From positions 53,075-117,074 of the forward strand of contig JBPCOQ010000128.1 in the NCBI GenBank assembly GCA_051000095.1: a DNA stretch of 64,000 nucleotides, written 5' to 3'. This document shows, one piece after another, positions 1 to 9,469 of this stretch (position 1 is the stretch's first letter; each line of letters begins with the position of its first letter). This stretch comes from Bryobacteraceae bacterium (GTDB lineage Bacteria > Acidobacteriota > Terriglobia > Bryobacterales > Bryobacteraceae). The position numbers and the translations under genes are program-made. The notes under the pieces are model-generated. The model was not told the origin of the DNA. It was given only the letters and a program-made list of their open reading frames with translations, and made no database searches.

Positions 1-741
1 GCCCATGATGAAATTGTGGTGCCAAATCCTTTGGCGGATGCCATCCTGGTTTTCCGGGCGGGAGCGAACGGCGCGGAGCCTCCCCTGCGGGTGATTCAAG
101 GTCCATGCACGAAACTGGTTCTTCCACACTCGGTAAGCCTGGATCTCGAACATCACGAGATCCTGGTCGCCAGCTTGACTGGAAAGACCATTACCGTTTA
201 CCCCTGGAATGCAAATGGAAACGTCACGCCGCTACGAATGCTGAAAGGTCCGAAGACGAAACTGGGGCATGTGGTGGGCCTGGGCGTGGATGCGGCCAGC
301 GACTTGCTAGCGGTGGCCAACTCCGAGGAGATACTCGTTTTCCACCGCACCGACAATGGTGACGTGGCTCCGCGCAGTGTCATTGGCGGGCCGAATACTG
401 GCATAGGCGATGAGCCTTGGCAGATGCAAATACATCATGGCAAGATCTTCTTGGCTGCCTCGAACCACCTTCATCAAAACCTGTATTCGGGAGTCACCTT
501 GAAAAAGGGATACACCAAGCCGCCGGCGGATCCTTGGAATAATCCCAACCTTGGTTTTATCGGCGTTTGGAACATCACTGACAACGGAGACGTGGCTCCG
601 CGCGCCATCGTCAAAGGGCCATTTAGCGGTCTGCTGCACCCGGTGGGTTTAGCGCTTAGCCCTCAGGATGGCGAGATCTTCGTTTCCGATAGCGTGCGCA
701 ATGGATTGTTTACATTCTTGACGCCAGAATTCTTCAGGTGA
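1..741 (+). CDS. C-terminal part of a repeat protein (beta-propeller-like); the 5' end lies outside the window
   Basis: The frame is open from base 1. There are four to five ~47-aa repeats of the form NG(D/N)VxPxRxIxGPxTxLxxPxG...EIxV. The stop is at 739-741. Confidence 0.4.
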   Translation, partial: AHDEIVVPNPLADAILVFRAGANGAEPPLRVIQGPCTKLVLPHSVSLDLEHHEILVASLTGKTITVYPWNANGNVTPLRMLKGPKTKLGHVVGLGVDAASDLLAVANSEEILVFHRTDNGDVAPRSVIGGPNTGIGDEPWQMQIHHGKIFLAASNHLHQNLYSGVTLKKGYTKPPADPWNNPNLGFIGVWNITDNGDVAPRAIVKGPFSGLLHPVGLALSPQDGEIFVSDSVRNGLFTFLTPEFFR

Positions 742-760
742 AATTAGATTCTTAGATACG

Positions 761-786
761 CCAGCCTTATTTCGGCTGGGTTTTCG
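761..786 (+). terminator. Candidate rho-independent terminator
   Basis: ccagcc-ttatttc-ggctgg followed by gttttcg, 20 nt after the stop at 741. Confidence 0.45.
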
Positions 787-891
787 ACCGGATGCTTCCA
801 AACTGATTCCAAAGGAGTTTGATCTTCTCGACGAACACTTCTGTGGAATGGAACGGCCTGAGCCTCGGCCCTCTAAGCTATTGAATGTAAG

Positions 892-967
892 TGGTGGCCA
901 GGGACGGAATCGAACCGCCGACGCCAGCCTTTTCAGGGCTGCGCTCTACCGACTGAGCTACCTGGCC
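892..967 (-). tRNA. tRNA-Phe (anticodon GAA), with CCA encoded
   Basis: The reverse complement reads GGCCAGGTAGCTCAGTCGGTAGAGCGCAGCCCTGAAAAGGCTGGCGTCGGCGGTTCGATTCCGTCCCTGGCCACCA. It folds as a 76-nt cloverleaf with a 7-bp acceptor stem, anticodon loop CTGAAAA and T-loop GGTTCGATTCC. Confidence 0.93.
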
Positions 968-988
968 GTAGAACTCTATTCTAACAAA

Positions 989-1705
989 CTACGCTTTTAG
1001 CGCCTGCCTTTGGATCTCAATCAGATCCATCGCGCCCCGGCGCCCCAGCGCAATCAGACTCGCCAAATGGCAGTCGTCGAATGGAGTCTTCTCGGCCGTC
1101 GCTTGCAGCTCGACAAACTGGCCGGAGCCGGTCATCACAATGTTCATGTCAACGTCCGCTCGTGAGTCCTCCTCATAACAAAGGTCCAGCATGGCGGTGG
1201 AATGGACGATCCCGACGCTGGTGGCTGCAATGTGATCGCGAATCGGCAGCGCCTTGAGCGATCGATATTGAACCAACTGCTTCAGCGCGAGAGAGAGCGC
1301 GACGAAAGCGCCGGTGATGGCGGCGGTGCGAGTTCCACCGTCCGCTTGCAGCACATCGCAATCCAGCAGAATGCTCCGTTCGCCCAGCGCCACCAGATCG
1401 ATCACGGAGCGCAACGAGCGGCCAATCAAACGCTGGATTTCGTGCGTGCGCCCGGATGGCCGGCCTTTCGCCACTTCGCGCGGCGTGCGGGTCGCGGTGG
1501 CGCGCGGCAGCATTGCGTACTCGGCCGTCACCCATCCCTTGCCGCTTCCCCGCAGGAACGGAGGCACGGTATCCTCAATCGAAGCCGTGCACAGCACGCG
1601 TGTATTGCCCACTTCGATCAGCGCCGAGCCTTCGGGAGTCATCAGATAATTTGTTGTTATGCGCACAGGACGCATCTGATCGTCCCTGCGGCCATCAATT
1701 CTCAT
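989..1705 (-). CDS. rph: Ribonuclease PH
   Basis: [20 protein letters not shown]...[11 protein letters not shown]...[15 protein letters not shown]...[19 protein letters not shown] is a typical RNase PH sequence. The start was chosen at the MRIDGRR methionine inside the longer ORF 989..1780. Confidence 0.9.
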   Translation of the reverse strand: MRIDGRRDDQMRPVRITTNYLMTPEGSALIEVGNTRVLCTASIEDTVPPFLRGSGKGWVTAEYAMLPRATATRTPREVAKGRPSGRTHEIQRLIGRSLRSVIDLVALGERSILLDCDVLQADGGTRTAAITGAFVALSLALKQLVQYRSLKALPIRDHIAATSVGIVHSTAMLDLCYEEDSRADVDMNIVMTGSGQFVELQATAEKTPFDDCHLASLIALGRRGAMDLIEIQRQALKA

Positions 1706-1854
1706 ACAGTTCCGGATTGCAGCGAAAGATAGAACATCAAACACAAGATCGCGATGCCGCCAATGATCAACACCAGGCACGGCACTGCGCCTTTCATCGA
1801 TTTTGCGTTAGTAGCTTTGGATTTGTTTTGTTCGGCTAATTTGTATTTCGCCAT
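1702..1854 (-). CDS. Possible 50-aa single-pass membrane protein, translationally coupled to rph
   Basis: [13 protein letters not shown]...[20 protein letters not shown] has one hydrophobic helix. Its TGA overlaps the rph ATG (ATGA at 1702-1705). No homology was recognised and the RBS is weak. Confidence 0.3.
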   Translation of the reverse strand: MAKYKLAEQNKSKATNAKSMKGAVPCLVLIIGGIAILCLMFYLSLQSGTV

Positions 1855-1906
1855 CTTGCCCGCAAACGGGTCTTGCCCGCAAGCGGGTCCCCTTACTAGA
1901 GTGACA

Positions 1907-2653
1907 CTATTGTGTGCATCTGGCGGCGTCCACCAGGAAACTTCCCACGGCCTGCCATCTTTCCGGCTGGCGCTTTTCAATTTGAAAGGAGTGCGTTTTG
2001 GCATCGGCGTGTATGCGCCACGCCTGCTGTTCACCGTCCTCTGAGTGCGGCCACCGAATCGGTTGATCGCTCACTTGCTGAGGCGTCCAACTTTCGCCGC
2101 CGGTCATGCTCGCGTACAGCTCATGCCGTTTGCGAAGGCCGGTGCCGAGCAGCATCGTCCCGCGAGTTCGCGATTCAAACCGGAAGCGCTCGATCACGCC
2201 GGCTCGCCCGTCTTCGAAAACCAGGCTTTGACGCCACGTTTTGCCGCCGTCGGAGGTGACCAGGAAAAAGGGATCGCGAGGAATACCTTGCACCATATGG
2301 CCCGAAATCCATCCGGTTTCAAAGTCGATGAATTGAATTTGATCGAGTGCGGTGAATCGTAGCCGCTCGTGCGGCTCGGTCCAAGTCTTGCCCGCGTCCT
2401 CGGTGGCCAGCAGAATCGAATCCAGCGTGATCGTCGCCGAATGCAGATTTCCCGCTAGAAAGATCCTGTTGCCGACCGCCTCGATACCGCTCAGTTCCAG
2501 GTAGACCGGGCATGGCTCCTCTTCGGAGCACGCTAGCCCGGCGGTCTGCATGCTCTCGGACGTGCAGGTGAACGGGACGCGCATCGGCGCGCCGCTGTTC
2601 TCGATAGCAGCTTGCGCGTGGAGAATCGGAAGCAAGAATAGAAGGCGGCGCAT
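1907..2653 (-). CDS. Secreted BNR/Ycf48-like repeat protein
   Basis: Signal-like MRRLLFLLPILHAQA and BNR-type motifs TEDAGKTW, TSDGGKTW and TGGESW. The start was chosen at MRRLL, 5 nt after the upstream stop. Confidence 0.55.
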   Translation of the reverse strand: MRRLLFLLPILHAQAAIENSGAPMRVPFTCTSESMQTAGLACSEEEPCPVYLELSGIEAVGNRIFLAGNLHSATITLDSILLATEDAGKTWTEPHERLRFTALDQIQFIDFETGWISGHMVQGIPRDPFFLVTSDGGKTWRQSLVFEDGRAGVIERFRFESRTRGTMLLGTGLRKRHELYASMTGGESWTPQQVSDQPIRWPHSEDGEQQAWRIHADAKTHSFQIEKRQPERWQAVGSFLVDAARCTQ

Positions 2654-2657
2654 GCGG

Positions 2658-5228
2658 CTACTCCTCGCGCAAGATCTGGAGCGGCTTTTGGCCGAGGATG
2701 CGGAAGCTCGCCATCCATCCGGCGAAATTGGCGATGAGCGCGGTGATTCCAACGCACGCGATGCTCGGCCATATTTCGAAACTGACATGCGCATTCAGCA
2801 TGCGTTTCAGCAGCAGGCTTGCGAATCCGTTGGCCAGTAGACTGCCCATCACGCCAGCCACGGCGCCGAGAACCAGAAACTCCACCGAGAAGATCTTGCT
2901 CACACGCCAGCGGGTGGCGCCAAGCGTCTTCAGAATCACTACTTCCCGGACCCGGCGGAAGCGCGTCCCCGCAATGCTGGATGCCAGGATGATTGTGCCT
3001 GCGAGGATCGCGAATAGCGAGATGAACCGGATCACGATCGCGATCTGATCCACCACACCCTGGAAAGTTTGCAATACATCGGCCATGTTCATCACCGTGA
3101 CGGTCGGGTAGCCTTGATAAAGCGCCTGTTGCAAGCCGGACACCGCGCCCGGCGCGACGCGCAGACTTCCGTAGTAGATCCCAGGAAAGCTGTCCAGCGC
3201 GCCCGGGCTGAAGATGAACTCGACGCGGCTCGCCAGGTGGATGGAATCGATCTTCTGAATACACGCGACCCGCGCCGTCACTTTGCGTCCCGCTATCTGC
3301 CATTCCGTGGTCGAGCCGGGCTGCACCTTCAGCGTGTGCGCGACCTCATCGGACACGGCCACCTGTGGAGCCAAGTGACGATCGGCTGGATTCCACCAGT
3401 TGCCTTGGACGATATCCACGTATTCGGGCTTAACGCCGGCGGAGGTGACAGTCCGTGTGTAATGGAACCGCCGGGCCCAGCCTTTGAGCGGAAGCTTGTC
3501 GATTTGCTTACCGTCATAGGCTAACATTTTGGCCGCGACTGTTCCTATGAATTCGGGTGGTGCGCTGATGCCGGGCTGGTGGGCAATGAGATCGAGCACG
3601 CCTTGTTTTTGTTCGGGCGACACATCGATCAGGAACACGTTCGGCATGCCAGGCGGCGCGCTGCGGCGGATCTCTTTCAACAACCCATGCTGCACAAGAT
3701 AAACCGTCAGCGTGAACATCACTCCAATGCCTAGCGCCACCAGCGCAGCCTGGGCGTGATTGCCGGGCCGGTAGAGATTCGCGATACCGTGGCGTAGCGA
3801 CATCGGCAGCTTCCACACGGGGCTGCGGGAAAGCTTTCGAAGACCGCCCAGCAGGAGCCATGCGATCGCAGATAGAACCAGCAGGCTGACAATCAGGCTG
3901 CCGGTAAAATATGCGCCGGTCTGAAACGCATCCGGGCGCTTTCCGGAAGTGAGCGAAGCGGCGATCCCGCCAATGCCAAAGATAATCAGCGCTCCCGCAA
4001 TCAGAGACTCCTTGGATTGCGACAGACGCGTGCGCCAGCCCGGCTTGGTCTCTTCCATCTCGCGGCGGAAGATTGCTCCCGGCTTGATCCGGCGAACGGT
4101 GAGCAACGGAGGCAGCGTGAACAGCAGGGTTGCCAGCAGACCGACGCTCATCCCCTGGGCCGCGGTGATGAAATCCCACGTGACCGAGGGCTGAAGCTGA
4201 AAGAAGCGCGCCAGAAAGACCGGGAAGGCGCGCTGCACCGCAAGCCCAATCAGGACGCCCAGCAGACCACCCAGAGTTCCGAGAGCCAGCGTCTGGAGGA
4301 CATAAATGCGGATGATCTGGTTCGATCGCGCGCCGATACACTTCATGATCGCAATCGAATCCATTTTTTGCTGCAGGTGCGCGTGCATTGCAGTCGCGAC
4401 GCCCAAAGCGCCGATGATCAACGTGATCAGGCTCACCAGACTCAGGAATGTCGTGGCACGATCCAACCCCTGCGTAATGATCGGATGGGTTTCGCGGTAA
4501 TCGGCAATCAGCGCTTCCGGAAATGCTTTCTTGAGCGTGTCGCGCGCCTGTTGAATGCCGGGGGTGCGGGGACCCAGCCGGAACAGATAACGCTCGGCCG
4601 CGCGGCTGCCAGGAAGCATCAGGCCGGTCTTTTCCAGGCCACCTCGCGTGATCATGACGCGCGGCCCCACGTTCAAGCTTCCCAGCATGCGGTCGGGTTC
4701 GTAAGCGACTCGGCCAACGATGTTGAACGGGTGGCCGCCCAGGCGAATCGTATCGCCCGGCTTCAATTGCAGCCGAAGCAGCACATCGTCCGAAACAGCC
4801 ACTGTATCGGCGGTCAGCTTCTGCGAGAGCGGACCCGGCGGGTCGAGCCGAATCTCACCATAGAACGGGTAAACGGTTGGGTCCACGGCCTTGATCGAAA
4901 CCAACATGGGAGGGTGGCCCGGCGCAGCCGAAGCCATTGAAAGTGTTTCCGTGATCCAGGTGCGTTGAACGCCTCGCCGGGAGAGATCTTCAAGCGCCGC
5001 TTGTTGATCGGGGTCCGGCAAAGTAAACACCCGAAGCGAGAGGTCCGCCGCCATCAGCGTGCGCGCCTGGCTGAGCAGCAGGCCATGAAATGCACGGCTG
5101 AATCCGCGGACTCCCGTCAGCGAACCCACTCCGATGGCAACGGCCACAATAACGAAAAGGAACTTGACCGAGGACGCGCGAGATTCACGCCACGCGATCT
5201 TCCAAGCCGTGTGCCAGCCGAACCTCAT
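2658..5228 (-). CDS. ABC transporter permease, FtsX/MacB-type (YbbP-like, duplicated FtsX domains)
   Basis: 856 aa with multiple TM segments and large periplasmic loops. It is paired with an upstream ATPase through an ATGA overlap. Confidence 0.8.
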   Translation of the reverse strand: MRFGWHTAWKIAWRESRASSVKFLFVIVAVAIGVGSLTGVRGFSRAFHGLLLSQARTLMAADLSLRVFTLPDPDQQAALEDLSRRGVQRTWITETLSMASAAPGHPPMLVSIKAVDPTVYPFYGEIRLDPPGPLSQKLTADTVAVSDDVLLRLQLKPGDTIRLGGHPFNIVGRVAYEPDRMLGSLNVGPRVMITRGGLEKTGLMLPGSRAAERYLFRLGPRTPGIQQARDTLKKAFPEALIADYRETHPIITQGLDRATTFLSLVSLITLIIGALGVATAMHAHLQQKMDSIAIMKCIGARSNQIIRIYVLQTLALGTLGGLLGVLIGLAVQRAFPVFLARFFQLQPSVTWDFITAAQGMSVGLLATLLFTLPPLLTVRRIKPGAIFRREMEETKPGWRTRLSQSKESLIAGALIIFGIGGIAASLTSGKRPDAFQTGAYFTGSLIVSLLVLSAIAWLLLGGLRKLSRSPVWKLPMSLRHGIANLYRPGNHAQAALVALGIGVMFTLTVYLVQHGLLKEIRRSAPPGMPNVFLIDVSPEQKQGVLDLIAHQPGISAPPEFIGTVAAKMLAYDGKQIDKLPLKGWARRFHYTRTVTSAGVKPEYVDIVQGNWWNPADRHLAPQVAVSDEVAHTLKVQPGSTTEWQIAGRKVTARVACIQKIDSIHLASRVEFIFSPGALDSFPGIYYGSLRVAPGAVSGLQQALYQGYPTVTVMNMADVLQTFQGVVDQIAIVIRFISLFAILAGTIILASSIAGTRFRRVREVVILKTLGATRWRVSKIFSVEFLVLGAVAGVMGSLLANGFASLLLKRMLNAHVSFEIWPSIACVGITALIANFAGWMASFRILGQKPLQILREE

Positions 5229-5965
5229 CGCGGTAGCGGTTCGGCTCGTATCTCGCGAGACGATTCCTTGTATTCGTCGCTGAAGACCGATCCGTCGTTC
5301 AGCAGAATACGGCGATCGGCATGAGCAGCGAGCGTCTGGTCATGCGTAACCAGGACCAGCGTTGTGCCTTCGCGCTTGTTAAGCGACATCAGAAGGTCTA
5401 AGATGTGCCGGCCATTTTGGCTGTCGAGGTTGCCGGTGGGCTCATCCGCTAACAGAATCGGGGGGCTCACCATGAATGCGCGGGCGATCGCGATGCGCTG
5501 TTGCTCGCCACCCGAAAGCTGCACCGGGTAATGGTCGCGGCGGTCCAGCAGGCCGACGCTCTCGAGCAGCTCCGCCGCGCGACGCGATCCGTTCGTGCCG
5601 TTGCCAGTCAACTCGAACGGAAGGAGAACATTCTCCTCGGCGGTCAGCGTAGGGATCAAGTGATAGGACTGAAAAACAAAACCGATCTTGCGGCCGCGCA
5701 GCACTGCCAGGCGGTCCTCATCGAGACCCGTGATGTCCTCGCCATCGAGCAGGATCTGGCCAGTGGTCGGTGAATCCAGACCGGCGAGCAGGCCGAGTAG
5801 CGTGCTCTTTCCACTGCCGGAAGGTCCCATGATTGCAGCGAACTGGCCCGCCGGGATGTCGAAATCGATGCCCTTCAGGATGTCGACGCGATGGGTGGCG
5901 GTGGCTATGCTCTTCGTAAGACCGGAGACCCGGATCATCGGACCGCGGCCGGGATTCGCTTGCAA
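5225..5965 (-). CDS. ABC transporter ATP-binding protein (LolD/MacB/YbbA-like)
   Basis: Walker A GPSGSGKST, signature LSGGEQQR, Walker B ILLADEPT. An alternative start is MIRVSGL at 5938. Confidence 0.88.
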   Translation of the reverse strand: MQANPGRGPMIRVSGLTKSIATATHRVDILKGIDFDIPAGQFAAIMGPSGSGKSTLLGLLAGLDSPTTGQILLDGEDITGLDEDRLAVLRGRKIGFVFQSYHLIPTLTAEENVLLPFELTGNGTNGSRRAAELLESVGLLDRRDHYPVQLSGGEQQRIAIARAFMVSPPILLADEPTGNLDSQNGRHILDLLMSLNKREGTTLVLVTHDQTLAAHADRRILLNDGSVFSDEYKESSREIRAEPLPR

Positions 5966-6063
5966 AGCTCATTATCTCAGGTGCAGCCACTGCCCCGATT
6001 CTAAGCACCGTGGGAAATGCTTCAGCGGGAGCGACGGGGGCCGTCACAAGTATCGGAAACTGA

Positions 6064-6130
6064 GTGGAGTGGGCGTTTCGCCCGCCTTCGGCATTGCTTT
6101 GCCCCTGGGCAGGCAAATTGCCTACCCCAG
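6064..6130. repeat. Inverted doublet of GTGG-hairpin (REP-like) units
   Basis: gtggagtgggcgtttcgcccgcc ... gggcaggcaaattgcctaccccag: two hairpin units in opposite orientation. Confidence 0.6.
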
Positions 6131-6409
6131 TCAGAATCAATCACCTAGCCGTGAGTTTCTGAGAAGCTTGTCCCTGCGGAGCAATCATCCCGAACCGGCG
6201 AAGTCGTCTCCCGTCTTTCGCTGGATGCGAACGTTAGTATCAGTCCGGTGTTCGTCTCCGAAAGCGTGTGGTTAGGATCGGAGAACTCGTTCATAATAAA
6301 TGTTCGAGAAGAGGCTGTGATCGCTTGATCCCGGCTTCGCGGGGAGTCGAGCGAACAGGGACTCCAGTCTAACAAGCACAGCGGTGTCCATGCCGGTGAG
6401 CAGTTTGTT

Positions 6410-6688
6410 CTATGCGCGCCGGCGCCCCTTTTCCAGGCGTTCCGCCAGAAACACTTTAAGAAGAGACGGGTACGGAACGTCCCGTTTGTTCGCGAGTACT
6501 TTTAGATCTTCAATTATGGATACAGGCAGGCGCAACGAGATGGTACGAAGGGACGGCTTCAACTTCGGGAATCGGCGCTTTTGAGCGGCTTGCCAGTCAA
6601 TGAACTCGGTGGAATCGTGCTCGGCCCAGAAGTTTCGCTCTTGCTCTTCGGAACGAAATTCAGGAATTTTTTTCTTGGTGTTTGTCAT
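6410..6688 (-). CDS. brnA: BrnA-type antitoxin (CopG/RHH-like)
   Basis: EFRSEEQERNFWAEHDSTEFIDW...LKPSLRTISLRLPVSIIEDLKVLANKRDVPYPSLLKVFLAERL is a typical BrnA pattern. It lies 8 nt after the BrnT ORF. Confidence 0.75.
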   Translation of the reverse strand: MTNTKKKIPEFRSEEQERNFWAEHDSTEFIDWQAAQKRRFPKLKPSLRTISLRLPVSIIEDLKVLANKRDVPYPSLLKVFLAERLEKGRRRA

Positions 6689-6695
6689 AGAACTC

Positions 6696-6986
6696 TTACT
6701 CTCTGCGATTCATTTCTCGAACGGAAATTACTCGAATCAACTTATGCCGCGTGGTGAAGGCGGCAAACAAGTACCGGCCGCGGGTCGTCTGACCCAACAC
6801 GTAGTATCTTTTTTCGCGCTGCGAGTAGCGGATGTCGGCCCGAAGGACAAGAGGCTCATTGAAGAACACCTCTTCTGCTTCTTCCGGGGTGACCCTATGG
6901 CGATCCCAATTCTTCTGAGCGTTCGCTTCGTCCCAATCAAAGCCGGAGCAATCATCCAGCGGGTGTCTATGTTCCGTCACTATCAA
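6696..6986 (-). CDS. brnT: BrnT-type toxin (DUF497 ribonuclease)
   Basis: FDWDEANAQKNWDRHRVTPEEAEEVFFNEPLVL...RYYVLGQTTRGRYLFAAFTTRHKLIRVISVREM matches the DUF497 pattern. The toxin-first order is as in brnTA. Confidence 0.75.
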   Translation of the reverse strand: MIVTEHRHPLDDCSGFDWDEANAQKNWDRHRVTPEEAEEVFFNEPLVLRADIRYSQREKRYYVLGQTTRGRYLFAAFTTRHKLIRVISVREMNRRE

Positions 6987-7330
6987 TCGTATATGGCTGA
7001 CATATACAACAAGCCAGGGTCGCCGTTAAGCCTGAGGCGGGCCGTTCTCGAAAGAGGTCGGCTTCAACGGAATCGATCGCGCAGTAAAGGCGGGCGGCCT
7101 CGTGCTTGCGGAAAGGGTTGAGCAGGATCTGCCCTTTCCAATCTGGTGGCGCTGTTACGCCCGCAGTTGTTTGTACCGGGATTCCCTTCCAGGCGCCTCC
7201 GGTACTGGCCGGCATCTACGACGGCCAACCGCTGATGGATTTTTAGCTTGGACAGCAGGCAGGCATTCGAAGTGACCAAACCCTATAGCCCTCATCGCCG
7301 ATCGTGGTTTTTAGCGAATTTGGCGCTATG

Positions 7331-7384
7331 GTTTCCGACCTGTCCGGTCAAGCGCGGGGAGGGCAGGTCGGAAACCTGCCCCAC
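7331..7384. repeat. REP-like hairpin doublet just 3' of the transglycosylase gene
   Basis: ggtttccgacctg (7331-7343) and caggtcggaaacc (7365-7377) form a 13-nt inverted repeat. The right unit reads GTGGGGCAGGTTTCCGACCTGCC on the minus strand. Confidence 0.55.
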
Positions 7385-7389
7385 ATGGG

Positions 7390-8034
7390 TTACCAGGGCG
7401 ATACCGCCTTCAGAATATCCGACACGTAATTTACCGTCTCGGGAATTGCCGGTACTCCACCATCCTTGTCCACGCGCCCTGGCCCGGCATTGTAAGCGCC
7501 CAGCGTCAATGCCAAATCGCCGTTATATTTCGTCAGAAGCTGTTTCAGCAGTTTCGTCCCAGCCTCGATATTTTGCTTCGGATCGAACGGGTCCCTCACG
7601 CCAAGCTCGTCCGCTGTGCCGGGCATTAATTGCATCAGTCCCTGGGCGCCTTTGACCGACACCGCGCACGGTTTGGCCCCGGACTCCTTATGAATCACCG
7701 CCTGGATCAGATCGGCTTGGACGCCCGCCTTCCCACCCGCCGCGCTCACTAGTGAATCAAGCTGATCTTTCGGCATCGGATCGCAGTCCACCCCCGAAGC
7801 CAGACCGATATTCATGTTCACCGGGGCCGGCCAGGGGACGGTGAAGAACGCGGATGAAGGTCCTGGGTCTGAAGCAACCACCTGAGCGGCAACCGACTGC
7901 TTCTGCGCGGATGCTTTCTGCTTCTCCAGGGATGCAGCCATCGCCGCGCGAACCTTCGTTTGGAAATCTGCTACATCCTGTCCGGCCAGAATGTAACTGT
8001 ATAAAAATATGACACCTAAGGCTCGACTCACCAC
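7390..8034 (-). CDS. Lytic transglycosylase (SLT domain)
   Basis: ESGAKPCAVSVKGAQGLMQLMPGTA...AGTKLLKQLL...ALTLGAYNAGPGRV. The long ORF (to 8178) would overlap the divergent M16 gene, so a GTG start at 8034/8031 before the hydrophobic SRALGVIFLYSYILAG is more likely. Confidence 0.75.
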   Translation of the reverse strand: MVSRALGVIFLYSYILAGQDVADFQTKVRAAMAASLEKQKASAQKQSVAAQVVASDPGPSSAFFTVPWPAPVNMNIGLASGVDCDPMPKDQLDSLVSAAGGKAGVQADLIQAVIHKESGAKPCAVSVKGAQGLMQLMPGTADELGVRDPFDPKQNIEAGTKLLKQLLTKYNGDLALTLGAYNAGPGRVDKDGGVPAIPETVNYVSDILKAVSPW

Positions 8035-8107
8035 CCTCCATCGGCCATTCCTTTCCGCCGGAACATACCACCCTTGAAATTCAAGAGTTACACTGGAGTG
8101 AACCCTT

Positions 8108-9460
8108 ATGCGCCTTCTGATCTCACTCGCTCTGCTTCCGCTCCTCTCAGCCGCCGATCCGCCTCGGCCTAAGCCCATTCAAATCCCTGTCCGCCAGTAC
8201 AAGCTGGACAACGGACTCCGGATCGTGATGTCTGAGGACCACTCGGCTCCCACTTATACCGTGGCCGTGACTTACAACGTCGGATCGCACGACGAGAAGG
8301 CCGGACGCACAGGCTTTGCTCATCTGTTTGAACACATGATGTACCAGGGTTCCCAGAATGTTGGCAAGGGCGAGCACTTCATCTTGGTCCAGAACAACGG
8401 TGGCAATATGAACGGCACTACCAACGAGGAGAGGACAGTTTACTTCCAGGCCTTTCCTTCGAATCAGATCGATCTGGGCCTGTATCTCGAAGCAGACCGC
8501 ATGCGCTCGCTGGTCATAAACCAGGCCAATCTCGATAATCAACGCAATGCGGTCCAGGAAGAGCGCCGATTAGGCATTGACAACCAACCTTATGGCAAAA
8601 CACAGGAGGCATTGGACGATACTGCTTTCGATAATTTCGCGAACAAGCATTCGGTGATCGGATCGATGGAAGACTTGAACGCGGCCAGCGTAAAGGACGT
8701 TCAGGATTTTTTTCGCATGTACTACGCTCCTAATAACGCGGTGCTGACACTCGTCGGTGATTTCAAGCAGGAGGAAGCGCTGGCGAAAATCAAGAAATAT
8801 TTTGAAGACATCCCGAAGCAACCCACGCCGCCTGTTCCGGATCTGACGGAGAAACCGCAAGCGGGAGAGCGCCGCAAGACCATTGAGGACAGCTTCGCGC
8901 AACTCGCGCGAGTTGACGTGCTGTTCCGGATTCCTCCAGGAAATACCGATGATTGGTACGCCGCCAGCGTTCTCGCGAGTGTTCTGGGCGGCGGCCAGTC
9001 CTCGCGGCTGTATCAAAGTCTGGTTAAAGATAAGGAGCTCGCCATCCAGACGGTATCCTTCGCTCAAGAGCACCGTGGGCCCGGGCTGTTGGATGTGATC
9101 GCGTTGGTGCGCCCGGGGAAAGACCCTAAAGACGTTGAGAATGCGATCTACGCGGAAATTGAACGCCTCAAAACCGAGCCAATTGCGGACTGGGAACTCG
9201 ACAAAGTGCGCATGGCAACGCGCCGCCAGAGCGCCCAACAGTTGCAGAGTACTCTTTCCCGCGCGATTCTGATCGGTCAGATGACGGTGTATTACAACGA
9301 TCCGAACCTGATCAACACCCATTTTGTCAAAATACAAAACGTAACCAAGGCGGACGTCCAAAGAGTAGCGAAGAAGTTCCTCACGGACGACAACCGGACA
9401 GTAATTACCACTGTGCCGAAGCCGAAGACTATGATGCCGCCCAAGCCGGCCGCGCAATAA
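8108..9460 (+). CDS. M16 family zinc peptidase (catalytic subunit)
   Basis: Signal peptide and the inverted zinc motif HLFEH (HxxEH) in GFAHLFEHMMYQGS. Confidence 0.85.
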   Translation: MRLLISLALLPLLSAADPPRPKPIQIPVRQYKLDNGLRIVMSEDHSAPTYTVAVTYNVGSHDEKAGRTGFAHLFEHMMYQGSQNVGKGEHFILVQNNGGNMNGTTNEERTVYFQAFPSNQIDLGLYLEADRMRSLVINQANLDNQRNAVQEERRLGIDNQPYGKTQEALDDTAFDNFANKHSVIGSMEDLNAASVKDVQDFFRMYYAPNNAVLTLVGDFKQEEALAKIKKYFEDIPKQPTPPVPDLTEKPQAGERRKTIEDSFAQLARVDVLFRIPPGNTDDWYAASVLASVLGGGQSSRLYQSLVKDKELAIQTVSFAQEHRGPGLLDVIALVRPGKDPKDVENAIYAEIERLKTEPIADWELDKVRMATRRQSAQQLQSTLSRAILIGQMTVYYNDPNLINTHFVKIQNVTKADVQRVAKKFLTDDNRTVITTVPKPKTMMPPKPAAQ

Positions 9461-9469
9461 GGAATATCC

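Noticed and set aside
892-1000. An integrative element or genomic island at tRNA-Phe.
   Set aside because: No integrase is present, I could not find a direct repeat of the tRNA 3' end, and the flanking genes (rph and a repeat protein) are ordinary.
6967-7279. ORFs 6967..7215(-) and 7064..7279(-) as intact genes.
   Set aside because: They overlap each other in different frames and neither has a recognisable family. They are treated as a broken relic (see the brnTA finding).
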